From Podospora anserina (Eukaryota), in NCBI GenBank assembly GCA_017654855.1, contig CM030337.1, positions 434,001 to 498,000 of the forward strand: a stretch of DNA of 64,000 bases, given 5' to 3'. Made by a program: the position numbers and the translations under genes. Positions 13,553 to 26,156 of this stretch are shown here, piece by piece. The first letter of the stretch is position 1, and the number at the start of each line of letters is the position of its first letter. The notes beneath the pieces were generated by a model. The model did not search any database. It had not been told where the DNA came from and saw only the letters and a list, made by a program, of their open reading frames with translations.

Positions 13553-16322
13553 CTAACCCAGATATTCCTTCAACTCCTCATTCTCTTCTAGCAACGTCCC
13601 AAAACTGAAGGGCGCAAACGGCCAACCACCAAACTCGGCAAACTTGCTGAAAGACTCGACCCACGCAAGACGCAACGAGTGCAACATGGCCGACACACCC
13701 TCCATGATAATCAAGATGATACAGCTGAGGCAGAAGAAGGCTGCAAAGATCACCACAAGGAAGATGGCGCCGCCAATGCCCTTGCCGTTCTTCAGTGCGG
13801 GCCCCATGGTCATGCTCCACAACACAGCCGACAGCTGTTGATGAGCAAGAGACAAGGCCCAGAGACGAAGGTAGGAAGCCGTGTGGGAAACGCAGTTGAG
13901 GCAGAATTCTGTAAAACGGGCCTGTTAGCATAGCGAACAAGGATCACATATGGCAAGGAAACATACCAATAGTGTGTATGACCTGGTGAATCATCACCTC
14001 ACCAAACTCAAACTCCTCGTGCTCCTCATCTTCGTGGTCGACACCCTGCGCGATCATACCAACGCCCTCGTCACTTTCTCCACTGGGACGACCGTTTGCT
14101 CCATGGCCCTCATCATCCTCGTCCAGAGCACTAACTCTTGATCGTTCGCCGATCCCGCGATAACCCTTGGCCCGGGCGCGGTTGTGCTCCCAGCGCAGAT
14201 AAAAGGGCTTGAGGAACAAGAGAATCGGCACCTGAAGGACGGCGAAGAACAACAAGAACTTTTGAACAGCCGCTTGACCGCTGTACAGAGGAATGTCGAT
14301 GAAACCGGGCTGGAGGAACATGTAGATGAGCATGTTGAGCAATCCAGGGGGCTGCTGTCCAATGGCGAACCAGTTCACGCTCCACTTGTAGATGATGCAA
14401 ACCACCAGGTACCCAAAAATGGCCTGGAAGAAGATCATGCCAGGTACAAAGTTGCCCCAGATATCAATGGGTTTCTTGAAGTGCCTGGCGTTGATGTACG
14501 AAAAGCAGAGAGAGTACGTCATGTGAGCCCAGCCAAGAATGATACTCATCTTCATCTTGTAACTGTTGCTGAAGAGGAGGTCGTTCTCAGTGCCATGCCA
14601 TCTCCAGTCAAGACCAAAGGGGTAGCGGTAGTTGGGGTCCTTCAGCTTGCCGACAAGTGTATCACCCTCAGTCCAGCCTTCAGGAACATCCCACTCCCAC
14701 TGACTGCTAAACAGTGTCATGGACTTGGAGAAGACATCATTGTAGATGAGGCCGGTGTAGACCGAAAAGACAGCCATGACAAGAGCGATGTAGCGTCCGT
14801 AATAGACCATGGCGAAGAGCTCGAAGGTGACCTTCTTGAGCGGCTTCTCCCAGTAGATCATGGCCAGCGAAGCGCAGAGCATGATGATGGCGTGACCGAA
14901 ATCACCAAACATGACGGCGAACAGGAAGGGGAAGGTAACAATAACGGGAATGGCAGGGTTGACTTCTTGGTAGGTGGCGGTACCATAGGCGTTGACGATG
15001 GTTTGGAATGCTTCGGTAAACTTGTTGGTCTTGAGATAAGTAGGAGGCTTCCTGTTGGTGCGAATCTCGTTGATGATGGTTGGCACTGACAGACCAGCGC
15101 GATTTGTCACATCCTGGAGGGTCGACCTGATCAGAGGTAGATCGTGCTTGGGGCACCAGCCCTCGGCGATGAGAGTGCGGCGAGCACCATCGTAGGAGAA
15201 GAGGTTGAGCGTGTTGTAGACAGCCTTTTCTTTGCCGATCAGTACCACCCAAGCAGAAAGGGCGCGAGAAATCTGAGTGAGCTCTGCCTCAAGAGTCTGC
15301 TGGGTGTTGCGGAGAACGTTCTGGACATCGTTAAGTCTAGCATTGACCTCATGCACCTGGTCCCGACGCAAGTCACTGTTCTCATCAACATTGTATACCT
15401 CAGCGCCCATTGACTCTGAGATCTTGCGAATCTTGGCGAGGATCTCCTTGCCGTGAGCAAAGATGACAAAAACATTCTTGGCGACGGGCTCGTTGGTGGA
15501 AGGGTCGATGAGAGGCTCGGGGATCTCGGCCTGGTTCATGTAAAGGTTACCACGGAGAGTTCTCCAGAGAATACGCTCAAAGGCGGCAACACGGTCTCTG
15601 GCAATGACACCAGCTACAAAGCCAATGTTCATGACGGAGAAGGACCGCTCCACATCGGCAGCGCCGTTGTTGTGTTCGATATCCTGCAGGAGCGGGGCGT
15701 CGTCGTTGTCGATCGAGGCGCGAATCTCTTCTACGCTGCCGTGGGCACGGTCAAAGAAGCCGCCAGCCTCACGCAGGACCCAGCGCCACTCGGTGAGCTC
15801 GACCTCGCGCTTCTTCAGTGTCTCGTAACTTTCGTTCAGGGACGAAACACGCTGCTCGAGGCCCTGGCATCGTTCGGCCAGCTCATCAATCTCGGTGGTG
15901 GTCGGAGGGGCGAGGGTCTCAACATCCAGGTCGAGTTTGCGGAGAGGGATGCCGGCCTTGTCCATCTGAGAATGGAAGTAGCCTGTTTAACTGCGGTCAG
16001 CGAGGTGTCGGATGTTTGAGGCGGTGCAGGCGGAAAACATACGAAGCTGACGTTCAACATTGTCGAGGCGTCTGATATCTTTGGTATAAGCTCTCTGGAA
16101 AGCACTTAGGTCGCCGTTGAGCTGGTTGGCAGTCTGGTGTTAGTTGAAAGCTCCCGAAAAGGCGGCTGGCCGGATGGTGGTGGTGGAGCTTACGTCGCGG
16201 AACTGGACGAGGCCAAGTTCGCCCAGGGCGTTGACAACTTCACGGCCTATTTCGTTGGAAATGTAGAGCTGGACCATGCTCATGTCCGCTGAACGGAAGG
16301 GGGTGTCCTTTGTCGGCGCCAT
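13553..16322 (-). CDS. VPH1: V-type ATPase V0 subunit a, 4 exons (16322-16194, 16121-16043, 15982-13967, 13908-13553)
   Basis: Starts MAPTKDTPFRSADMSMVQLY; contains PPTYLKTNKFT, TFPFLFAVMFGD, NSYKMKMSIILG, EVMIHQVIHTIEFCL and LHSLRLAWVE. Canonical GT-AG introns keep the frame. Confidence 0.96.
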
Positions 16323-17988
16323 CGCGACGTGTGAGCCGATTTGCGATTGCCGGCGACAAGATGGATGGTGATGTGCTTGTACAGCGAGGTGCTGGGAATT
16401 GGAGTTGCAGGTTGGAGGAGCTGATGATGGTGCTGCTGCAACCAACAACCAGAGACGTTGGAGCTGGCCCGGCCGCCGCGTGTCGGCAAAGCTTCGGCAG
16501 GCAGCGCCGCTCCTGTAACAGCCACCGCCAAGCCTTCCTGGATGCACCCCTGGAGTGTGACGTCAACTTACACGGCTCCTTCTTTTTGGTTTTGCAAATG
16601 TAGTGTTTAGGGGCAATGAGGAAAGAGACATAAAGATGATAGGTCCTAAGGAAGGCAGTATAGATGTCCGTATCAGAAGTGGCAGAGCAACTAGATACTG
16701 ACAGCAGGTTCTCATCCCAAATCGAAATAGATATTATACCCAACCCCAACCCCGAACCATGTCAACGCGATCAAGGAGCATGGTCCAAATTGAGCTCGAT
16801 ATAAATAACGTGCATGATAAGCGAGCGCCGCAGATAAGCGAGCGCCGCAGATAAGCGAGCGCCGCACTTTTCGACGCGACCTAACCCTCCACCTTTAACA
16901 TTCCATTTCTGAACCAAAAACCATGTCTTCTACCTCTAACGAAACTAAAGTAATTTTGGCCGCTAAAGTTATAAAAAATAATAAAAACCTAAATAAACGA
17001 GCCTCAGTAAAGATCTATAAAGTTAACGATAAAATTATTTGCCGTCGACTTACCGGTATACCTGTACGACGCGATACTCTAATTAATTTGCGTAAACTTA
17101 TAAATTTAAAAGAAAAAACGATTATTTAATATATAATTAAGCTATTTATATATATATTTTATTCCCGGCTTTTATATATAAAAAATATAATTAATTAATT
17201 ACTATATAAATATAATACGCCTCTTATTAACGTATAATAGGCTTATAACTTTATTAAACGTTAATTAAAACTTCGGATACGTTTTATATATAAATATAAT
17301 TATTAAAGAACTAAATATAAGGATTTAAAAATTATTAGTAAGTAATTTACTTTCGTACGGAATATTAAAATTAAATATAATATTATAAATAATAATATTT
17401 ATAATTTTGTTAATGTGTGGGTACTACTAAGTGCCTTACTTACTGCCCTACAGATTGATATTACAGTGGGCAGTACTGCTATAAGCAGTAATAGAACTTC
17501 CCGGCTTAGATCCCTTTAGAATGTTTTTTATAAGGGACCCTTGAAGGCTTACAGGGCTACTGTGGCCTAAGGCTTAGTCAACAGGATACTAGAACCTTTT
17601 AAAGTGGCTACAGGCTTACGTAGTAAGTCGCCATAATAGCATAATTTACAGGGCACTTCTGCTGCCGAAGGTTCTATGGATTTCCGTGAGTCTACACTAG
17701 ACCCACCTAAGCCCACCAAATACCCTAAAGTGGTATAGGGGCTTCCAGGGCCTACAGGACCCACAGTAGGCTTACGAAGGCCTATATATAGACCTTTCCT
17801 CTCTCCTGTAGAATAGTTTTCTTTCTTTCCAAAAGGGCAAAAGCTTAAGGCTAAGGCCAAAGGCCAAGGCTAAGGGTAATAAAGGCAATTCTTATTCCTT
17901 ATACCTCACTATATTACAGTGCTTTACCTTCCTTCGGCACTGCCGTCGTATCCTCCCGCTTCCGCTTGCGCACTGCTGTATTTTACAG

Positions 17989-18482
17989 TGTCACAGTTAA
18001 CCCAACGGCAGGTCGCGCCACATGTGGGGCGCAGGTCGCCCCTAGCCAATCATTCAGGAAGTCAGGGAACAAGCCGATCAGGGCTAGGCAAAAGTGCTAT
18101 GGCGCCAAGGCTCACGAGCAGTCTGCAGGATGCAAGATGCTAGGGATGATCAGAGGTATAGCACGACGAGCATAATGCAGATGCAATGTGCTAGGAGTAA
18201 TTAGAGGTATAGCACGACGAGCACAATATAGGATATAATGTGCTAGGAGTGATTGGGCCTATAGTAGGGCAAGTACCTTACGGCCCTAAGGTCTATATAT
18301 ACGGAGGAACTAGCTAATATAGATAGATAGTTCCGTAGTATATAATTTAAATTTATATTTACGGTAATTAATATTTATATTAAAATATTTTATTATATAT
18401 TATTTAGTTATACCGAACTAATTATTAAAAATTACTTTTAATTAGTATCCCTTTTAAAGGTTCTATATAGAGATTCGTTATA
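17989..18482 (+). repeat. 5' LTR of the 7.3-kb Gypsy element
   Basis: Begins TGTCACAG; aligns with 24834-25327, differing mainly by C>T/G>A transitions. Confidence 0.92.
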
Positions 18483-21400
18483 CGTTATATACTTACTTTA
18501 ACTCTATTACGGATAAGTTAAAAGCGTTTTTTCATTATTATAGCTTAACCCGAAAACGTTTAAATAGGAAGCGTCCCGCCTAACCTAATTATCGAGGGAC
18601 TTTTTACGGCAGACGTTAGGTTTAGGGTTATTACGACTTAATAGTTTATTAATTATATTAAAGAACTTAAAGCCGAAGCCTAGTAAACTAGGGAACAGGT
18701 TTTTATTCTCTCGGCAGCTAGGCCCACGTACGTAATTAAGTTCCCGGTACCGGAGTACTATAGAAGCGGAAAGGTAGAGTTTAAAGGTTTCTTAATCTAG
18801 TTTAAAACCTACTTTCGTTATTACCCGGAATAGTTTAATACGGAGGAGTCGAAGGTAATATATATAATTACCCGGCTTAAAAATAAAATTTTTATTTAAT
18901 TTAAATTTATTTTTAATAATTATTATAAAATAATAATAAAAGATTAAAAAAAAATTATTATTTAGTATTTTCGGAGCTACCGAGCTTTTAAAATAAAGTT
19001 TAAGGAAATATTTAAAGAATATAATAAAGGTAGGCGTACGTAAAAGAGGCTTACGAACTTACGGTAAATACGTTTAATAACGGAATACGTTATTTAGTTT
19101 AAAATTAATAATTTATGTAACGAGATTAACGATAAGGGGTTAATATAAACTTTTTATAATAGTTTTAAGGAAGAAGTAAAGGATAAGTTATATAGGGAGG
19201 AGAGGCTTAATACTATTAATAAGTATATCGCTATAACTATACGGATCGACGATAAATAATTTTAGTATTGTACGGAGAAAAGAAATTATAATAATTAAAG
19301 TTATTATAGAAATTATTATTTTAACGATAAACGTAAATAGTAATATCCGATTATTAATTACTCCGGTATTATATATTCGGGATTTATAAATATTAATATT
19401 ATATAATAATAAAAGCTGTAAAGTTAAAGCTAAGGTAGAGATAATTATAAATATTTTAATTATAATAAAATAAAATACTTTAAAAAGGATTACCGGGTAT
19501 TTAAATAATTTAAATAGAAGAAAGAAGTCGCTATAATAATTATTATATTAAGGGAACCGAGGGTTGTAAAGGTTATAGTTATCGGGTACTAGTAAAGTAA
19601 AGTAATAAGTTTCGAAAAAAACTTTAATTAGTACGCCGAATAAAAGGAAGTAGAGTTTTAGGGACTATAGAAAATAATAAAAAAATTAAAGGTAAAGTAT
19701 AAAGAAAAAAACTTTTAAATATTAATATTTTAAAATCGATTAATATAAATTATTATAGAAATCGTTATAGAGGTTACTAAAAATAATAACGTTATATAGT
19801 AGGAAAAACTTATTAAATAAATAATATTAAAAAAGTAGTACGGTAAGTATAAGATTACTATTTTATAAGAAATATTATTATTTATAAAGTTTATATATAA
19901 AAGTTAGAAAAAATATTAGAAAAGTAAGAAAGTTATTAATATTAAAATCGCGAAGTTATTAAAAAATATATTTATATTTATATAGTATATATTTTATAAA
20001 GGAAATATAATATAATTTTATTTTAAATATTTAGAGTATCGGAAAGTACTTTAGTTTTAATATATTATATACGAATATATAAAATATTATTAAAATAAGT
20101 TACTATACGATTATTAGCCGTTTATATTAAAGTATATAAAATATTATATCGAATACGTAAATAGTTAAAATATAAACGATAATATATATTTTTAGAAAAA
20201 AATAATATTAAATTAATATTTAAATCTAAATTATATATTATATTTATAAAAGAAAGATAAACGATATTATTAAATAAAGGTATTTAAATAAACGATTAAA
20301 TAAAAAAACTATTATTAAATATATATACGGGAGAATATTAGGTACGTAAGAGACGGAAAATAGGAGGAAGTTAGGTAAGTATAATTAAAAAACTTTATAT
20401 TATTAAATAACCCGGAATAAGAGGACGCTTTTAAATAATATAATCGTTTAAAAAATAATTTACGGCCCTTTACGGGGGCCGATAACCTTTAACGAACTAC
20501 GAATAGTATTTTCGGAAGTATTAATATAAAGTAAAGGTATAGGATAACGACCCGGTACTCGTTAGCGAGGTTATTACTATATAGGGAAAAAATAAAAAAA
20601 ATAAACGTTTTTAAATTATAATATATTAAAAAAATATTTAAGTAATAATATTAATAAATAAAGGTATAAAGACAAACTTAATTTCGTTATAGTTTATATA
20701 TTAAATTAAAATACTATAGAAAAAAAAAAAAAATTATTATATAAGGATTATTTCCGACGTAAAAGGTTTATAAAGAAATATTATTTTTAAATATTATAGT
20801 CGAAGGAAAAATAATTTTAATTATATTTAATATTATAAATATAAAACCCTCGAAGGATATAATCCTAAAATAATTATAATATAAAAATTATAATTTAAAT
20901 ATCGATTAGAAGGATAGTAGTTACTTACGATTAAAAGAATTTTAAAAGTATTTAATTAACGATAAGAGATTAGGTATACGTATAGAGTAGAGTATAGGAT
21001 AAGCACCCTCTACAGTACTACCGTAAGGAGCTTAAAAAATAATAGTATACTCTATTAATATAGGTAGTAAGATCGAAGAAGTAGGGTTAATAACGTTAGT
21101 AAAGATATTAGAGGTTAATAAATATATTTATTATAATTATATAAAAAAAAATGAAAAAAAAGCGGTACTAATAGAATATCGAGGATACTTAGCCTTTACG
21201 GTTAAGTATTTAGAGGGACTTCTAGAGCGAGGACCGTAGGACTACGAAATTAAATTAAAAGAAAGAGCTAAGTTACGGCTATTTAAGGTTTATTATATTA
21301 ACGATAAATAAAGTAAGGAGCTACGGAAGTATTTAGACGAGAATTTAAAAAGAGGATATATTAAGGAATTTATATCGCTAGTAGGATACCCTATATTCTT

Positions 21401-24109
21401 CGTACCGAAAAAGGACAGTAATTTGCGACTATATATGGACTACCGCTAAATAAATAGAAAATAGCGTTTCGCACACTCTATAGTTATTTCGAATATCTCG
21501 TAATACTATTTGGGCTAATTAATACGCCCGTAACGTTTTAATTTCTCGTTAACTATATAATCCGGAAGTACTTCGATAAGATAGTAATATATTATTTTAA
21601 TAATATTCTTATTTATTTACGCACTTTAAAAGAGTATAAGCGATATATACGAAAGATACTCGACGCGCTATACGGAGCCGGACTTTTAATTAATAAAGAG
21701 AAAAGCAAGTTTTATATATAAAAGATAATATATTTAGGATATTTAATATCGTTAAGTAAGGTTCGTATAGAATTTAAGAAAATTACGGTAGTTAAAAATT
21801 AGTTTACGTTATAATTATAAATATACGTTAAAGAATTTTTAAGGTTTATAAATTTTTATTAGATATTTATTTATAAGTATATAGGTATTGCGCGGCTATT
21901 TAATTATTTAATTAAAAAGGATATAGAGTTCCGGTAAGGGCAAAAAAAAAAGTAAGCTTTTTAGGAACTAAAAGAAATTATTTTAAAGGACTTAGTATTT
22001 AAATTATTAAACCTTAGTCGATTATTTAAAGTCGAGGTAGATATATTAAATTATATAATTAGTAGATAATTAAAGTAGTAAAATAACGATAGTAAATTAT
22101 ATCCGGTAACTTTTTTTTTAAAGAAGCTCGAAGGGGTACGTTAAAACTATTTAATTTATAATAAAAAGCTATTCGCTATTATCGAAGCGTTTAAAGAATA
22201 AAGGTTATACTTTAATAATATTAAATATAAAATATAGGTTTATATAGATTATAAAAATCTATAATACTTTATTATTACGAAAGTCTTTAACGTATAATAA
22301 ATATAATAATTAAAGTTTCTCTCGGAATTTAATTTTTAAATTAATTATAAGAAGGGTTCGGAGAACGTTAAGGTAAACGTACTTAACTAGCGGGCTAACC
22401 ACTATAAAAATATACTTAGGGAATTACTATTATTATTTAAGGAGGCGCTAAATAGTATTTTTAAATATTTATTATAATTATAAATAAAGTATTACGTAAT
22501 ATATTATAAAAAAGTTATTTTTAATAAATATTAAAAGAAATTAAATAATAATATTATAAAATAATATTAGTAAGAAGAATTAAAACTATAAAGTATTTAA
22601 AAAGATAGTTAAGGAAAACTATAGTATAAGAATCGAACGTATATAATACTAAGTAATAAAACGATATTAATAATAGAAATTTATAGATCGAAGTTTAAAA
22701 GATATATAGGTATCGTAAAGATTATAGAAAAGATTAAATAGTACTTTAACTAACTAAAGATTAAAAACGACGTTAAGGAAACTATTTAATTATATTATAC
22801 GTATAAAAAAATAAAGATTATAAAATATAAGCTTTATAGATTTCTAGAGTTACTATTAATAATAAAATAATTATAAAATTTAATTATAATAAACTTTATT
22901 ATTAAATTACTAAAGTTTAAAAATACGGTAACCGGCGTTAAATATAATAGTATATTAACGGTAATCGATAGGTTTATTAAATAAATATATTTTTTACTTT
23001 ATAAAGAAATTTAGTCGGTAAAATAATTAACGGATATAGTATTACGGTATATTATATTAATATATATATAATTAAAAAAGTTTATTACGAACCGTAATAT
23101 TAAATTTATATTAAAGTTTTAAAGAATATTAATAACGAAGCTAAGGGTAATAAGTAAAATATTTTTAGCCTATTACCCTTAAACGGACGGTTAGACGGAA
23201 CGGTTTAATTAAATTATAAAATAATATTTACGGAATTATATTAATTTCGAATAAAACGATTAGGTTAAACTATTATTTATAGTATAATTAATATATAATA
23301 TATTATTAATTAAAACGATTAAAACTATACCGTTCTTTATAAATTTTAAATATAAAATAAATTTACGGTAAGGACTTAATATTAAAGTATTTAGGGTTAA
23401 GGTTAAAATAAATAAGCTATATATATTCTATAATAAGTTTAAATAAAAACTAAAGTTTATAAGGGAAAGGATACGGAAATATTATAATACTAAAAGGCTC
23501 GAGGGACCTCGCTTTAAAGAGGGGAATATAGTATTCTTTTTTATACGTAATTTATATATTAAAAAACCTAATAAAAAGCTAAACTATAGGAAAGTAGGCC
23601 TATTTAAAGTTAAAAGGAAAATTTTAAAAATAATATTTAAATTAAAGCTATTTAATATAATATATTTACGATTATATACCTTTTATATTTTACTTTTAAA
23701 ATTTATATTACCGGTAAATAAAGTTAATATATAAATAATAGTGGAGGACGAAAAAAAAAAATATAATATAAAAAAAATATTAGATTTATAGTTTAATAAA
23801 GGTTAATTAAAATATTTAATTAATTAATTAGGATATCCAGTTATAAATAATTTATAGGAACTATAAATATACTTTAATTATCTAAATAAATAAAAAGAAT
23901 TTTATTAATAATATTTAAACCGATTAAAATTTAAATAAAAGAAACGAGTTTTTAGATTACCGTTAAATAATAATAATATAGAGACTGGAGAACCTTAATA
24001 AAAATCGAATTTACGTTTTTAATATAATAATCGACGTACTATATATTATATTATAAAGTTAAAAGGTATAAAGGAAATTAAATATAAATAGTATTACGTA
24101 TTTTAATTA

Positions 24110-24700
24110 CTTTAAGAAATAGAAAGTATATTAGCGGCGGTATTTTAAAAGGTTAGGAAGGAAGGACCGGCTACGCCCGGGTCTAAAGAAAAGTTAAGCG
24201 GCTAGTCGAAGCCTAAAAAAGGATTTAGGAAAGAAAGATCGGAAAGAATAATAAAAATGTCCGCCGCCGGCGGGCTATATAGGGTAGTAGGCCGCGTAGA
24301 AAACTCTCTCTCTTCCTCCTTAAAGAACCGAGATTCGCGACGGAAGGTAGTAAGGGCTCGAGCCTTAAAGATACGCGATTACACTTCGAAACGAAAAAAC
24401 TTATTTAAAGTAATTTATTTTTCGGTATTTAAACGTTTTTTCTCTTTAATTAAAGAATAAATTATAAAGATAATTAAAAAAGGGAAAGGAAAGTTAAAAA
24501 AAAAATTTATAATTTACGCTATAAACGTTATAATAAAAACGATTTAAATTAATATACGGGAAGTACCGGTTATATTAAAGGGAAGTTATGTATTAAAGGT
24601 TATTTTCTTTATAATAAATATATTCGGGTATAATAAAATTAAATTTCTTAAAAAAATATATTTAATTACGGCGACGGTTAATATTTATACGAATCGATTT
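24110..24700 (-). pseudogene. RIPed antisense accessory ORF of the 7.3-kb element: Zn2Cys6-like cluster, probable intron, coiled-coil-like segment (limits approximate)
   Basis: TAT/TAC codons (RIPed TGT/TGC) at spacing x2, x6, x8, x2, x6-7 over 24622-24530; GTAAAT donor-like site at 24517; downstream frame reads KARALTTFRRESRFFKEEEREF. Confidence 0.6.
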
Positions 24701-24833
24701 TTTTATATAATTAAATATAACGGCTAAAATAAAAGAGGAAAGGAATTTATAATAGAAATATAAAAAAAAGGGGGATCGATAATTATTTTAGGAATATAAT
24801 TACCGGAACGTCGACCTAAAAAGAAGGGTATTA

Positions 24834-25327
24834 TATTATAATTAATTTAACGGTAAGTCGCGCTATATATAGGGTGTAGGTCGCCCCTAACTAATTATTT
24901 AGGAAGTTAGGGAATAAGCCGATTAGGGCTAAGTAAAAGTATTACAGCGTTAAAGCTTATAAGTAGTTTATAGGATATAAAATACTAAGGATAATTAAAG
25001 GTATAGTACGACGAGTATAATGCAGATATAATGTGCTAGGAGTAATCAGAGGTATAGCACGACGAGTATAATGCAGGATATAATGTACTAGGAGTGATCG
25101 GGCCTATAGCAAGGTAAGTACCTTACGGCTCTAAGGTCTATATATACGGAGGAACTAGCTAGTGTAAATAGATAGTTCCGTAATATATAATTTAAGTTTA
25201 TATTCACGGTAGTTAGTATTTATATTAAAATATTTTATTATACACTATTTAGCTGCACCGAACTAATTATTAGAAGTTACCTTTAACCAGTATCCCTTTT
25301 AAAGGTTTTATATAGAGGTTCGTTATA
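24834..25327 (+). repeat. 3' LTR of the 7.3-kb Gypsy element
   Basis: Starts TATTATAATTAATTTAACGG, the RIPed form of TGTCACAGTTAACCCAACGG; same length as the 5' LTR. Confidence 0.92.
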
Positions 25328-25793
25328 TACAGTAACCCTATATAGGTTCTATATTATAGGCCTATCAGGGCTTACCAACTAACAAATTTTAATAAAATTA
25401 GGTTTATAATAAATATTATTATTATTATTATAGTTATTATAATTTTTAATAACCGTAATAAAATTAAATAAATTTAATTTAATAATTATAAATAAATTAC
25501 GGTTATTTAAAGCGTAAATACTTTAAATTAAATTATTTTATTATTTATTATTTTAATTAAATAATATTATTCTATTAATTAATATTAAAAGTATAGCTTT
25601 CCGGCTACTTAATATATTATAATAATTAATAATAATTAAACTATTAATAAAAAAATATAAATTAAATTCGATATTTCGATTTTTATATAGTATTTTATAT
25701 AAAAGGTAAATATCGGTTATTAATTTTTAATAATTATAAAAATTATTATTCCGAAAAATTTAAAATTTATTATTAAAAATATAATATTATTAT

Positions 25794-26156
25794 TAGTTTG
25801 GGGTGCGGCTACAGGCCTAAGAGTATGAGTAAGGAAGCGGGGCTCTTAGAGGACTCAGGGGTTCAGGGGTCATGTATATAAGCGGTCTGCTTCGGATATT
25901 CTATTTTAAATAGGACATCGACTTTTATTCTTTTCTTCGTATTTTATGCCTTACACGCGTGCAGGCAATTCTGGCCCTCTAATTAGGCTAATCCGGTGCT
26001 TATTATATAGCTTACGAGCCTATAGTGTTTTTTCTTTGTCCTACGTAAAGTGCGGCCTGCGAGCGAGTTACTGTTATGTAGATATGTTTATTCTGAGACC
26101 TGTTGAGGGTATATTTATAGTATTATAGTTATTTTATATATTTTCTTACTATTTTA
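25794..26156 (+). repeat. 5' LTR of the 11.6-kb element
   Basis: Direct repeat of 37065-37427; starts tagtttgggg (RIPed TGG...), has a TATA-like tatataag. Confidence 0.92.

Larger units (their letters stand above)
17989..25327 (+). mobile_element. Ty3/Gypsy chromovirus-type LTR retrotransposon, 7339 bp, RIP-inactivated
   Basis: 494-bp LTRs; TSD TACAG (17984-88, 25328-32); purine tract before the 3' LTR. De-RIPed motifs: gag knuckle ~19452, protease ~20655, RT VPKKDSNLRLYMDYR ~21400 and MPFGLTNAPATF ~21505, integrase HPQTDGQTER ~23175, chromodomain-like YLINWLGY...WEP ~23810. Confidence 0.93.
17408..25384. mobile_element. Solo LTR of about 633 bp (17408-17988 plus 25333-25384), interrupted by the 7.3-kb Gypsy element
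   Basis: Termini TGTTA...TAACA; 5-bp TSD AATTT at 17403-07 and 25385-89; no coding sequence of its own. Confidence 0.8.

Noticed and set aside
14184-15089. 301-aa + strand ORF and similar antisense ORFs over SOK1, PTC6, URA3 and the TF
   Set aside because: Shadow frames of real genes on the opposite strand, with no motifs of their own.
16816-16866. Perfect 17-bp direct repeats resembling a CRISPR array
   Set aside because: No spacers, eukaryotic context, and they recur inverted at 38262-38295 as part of transposon TIRs.
25946-26128. Duplicated small ORF MPYTRAGNSGPLIR (also 37217-37468)
   Set aside because: It lies inside the two LTR copies; the duplication reflects the LTRs, not a gene.
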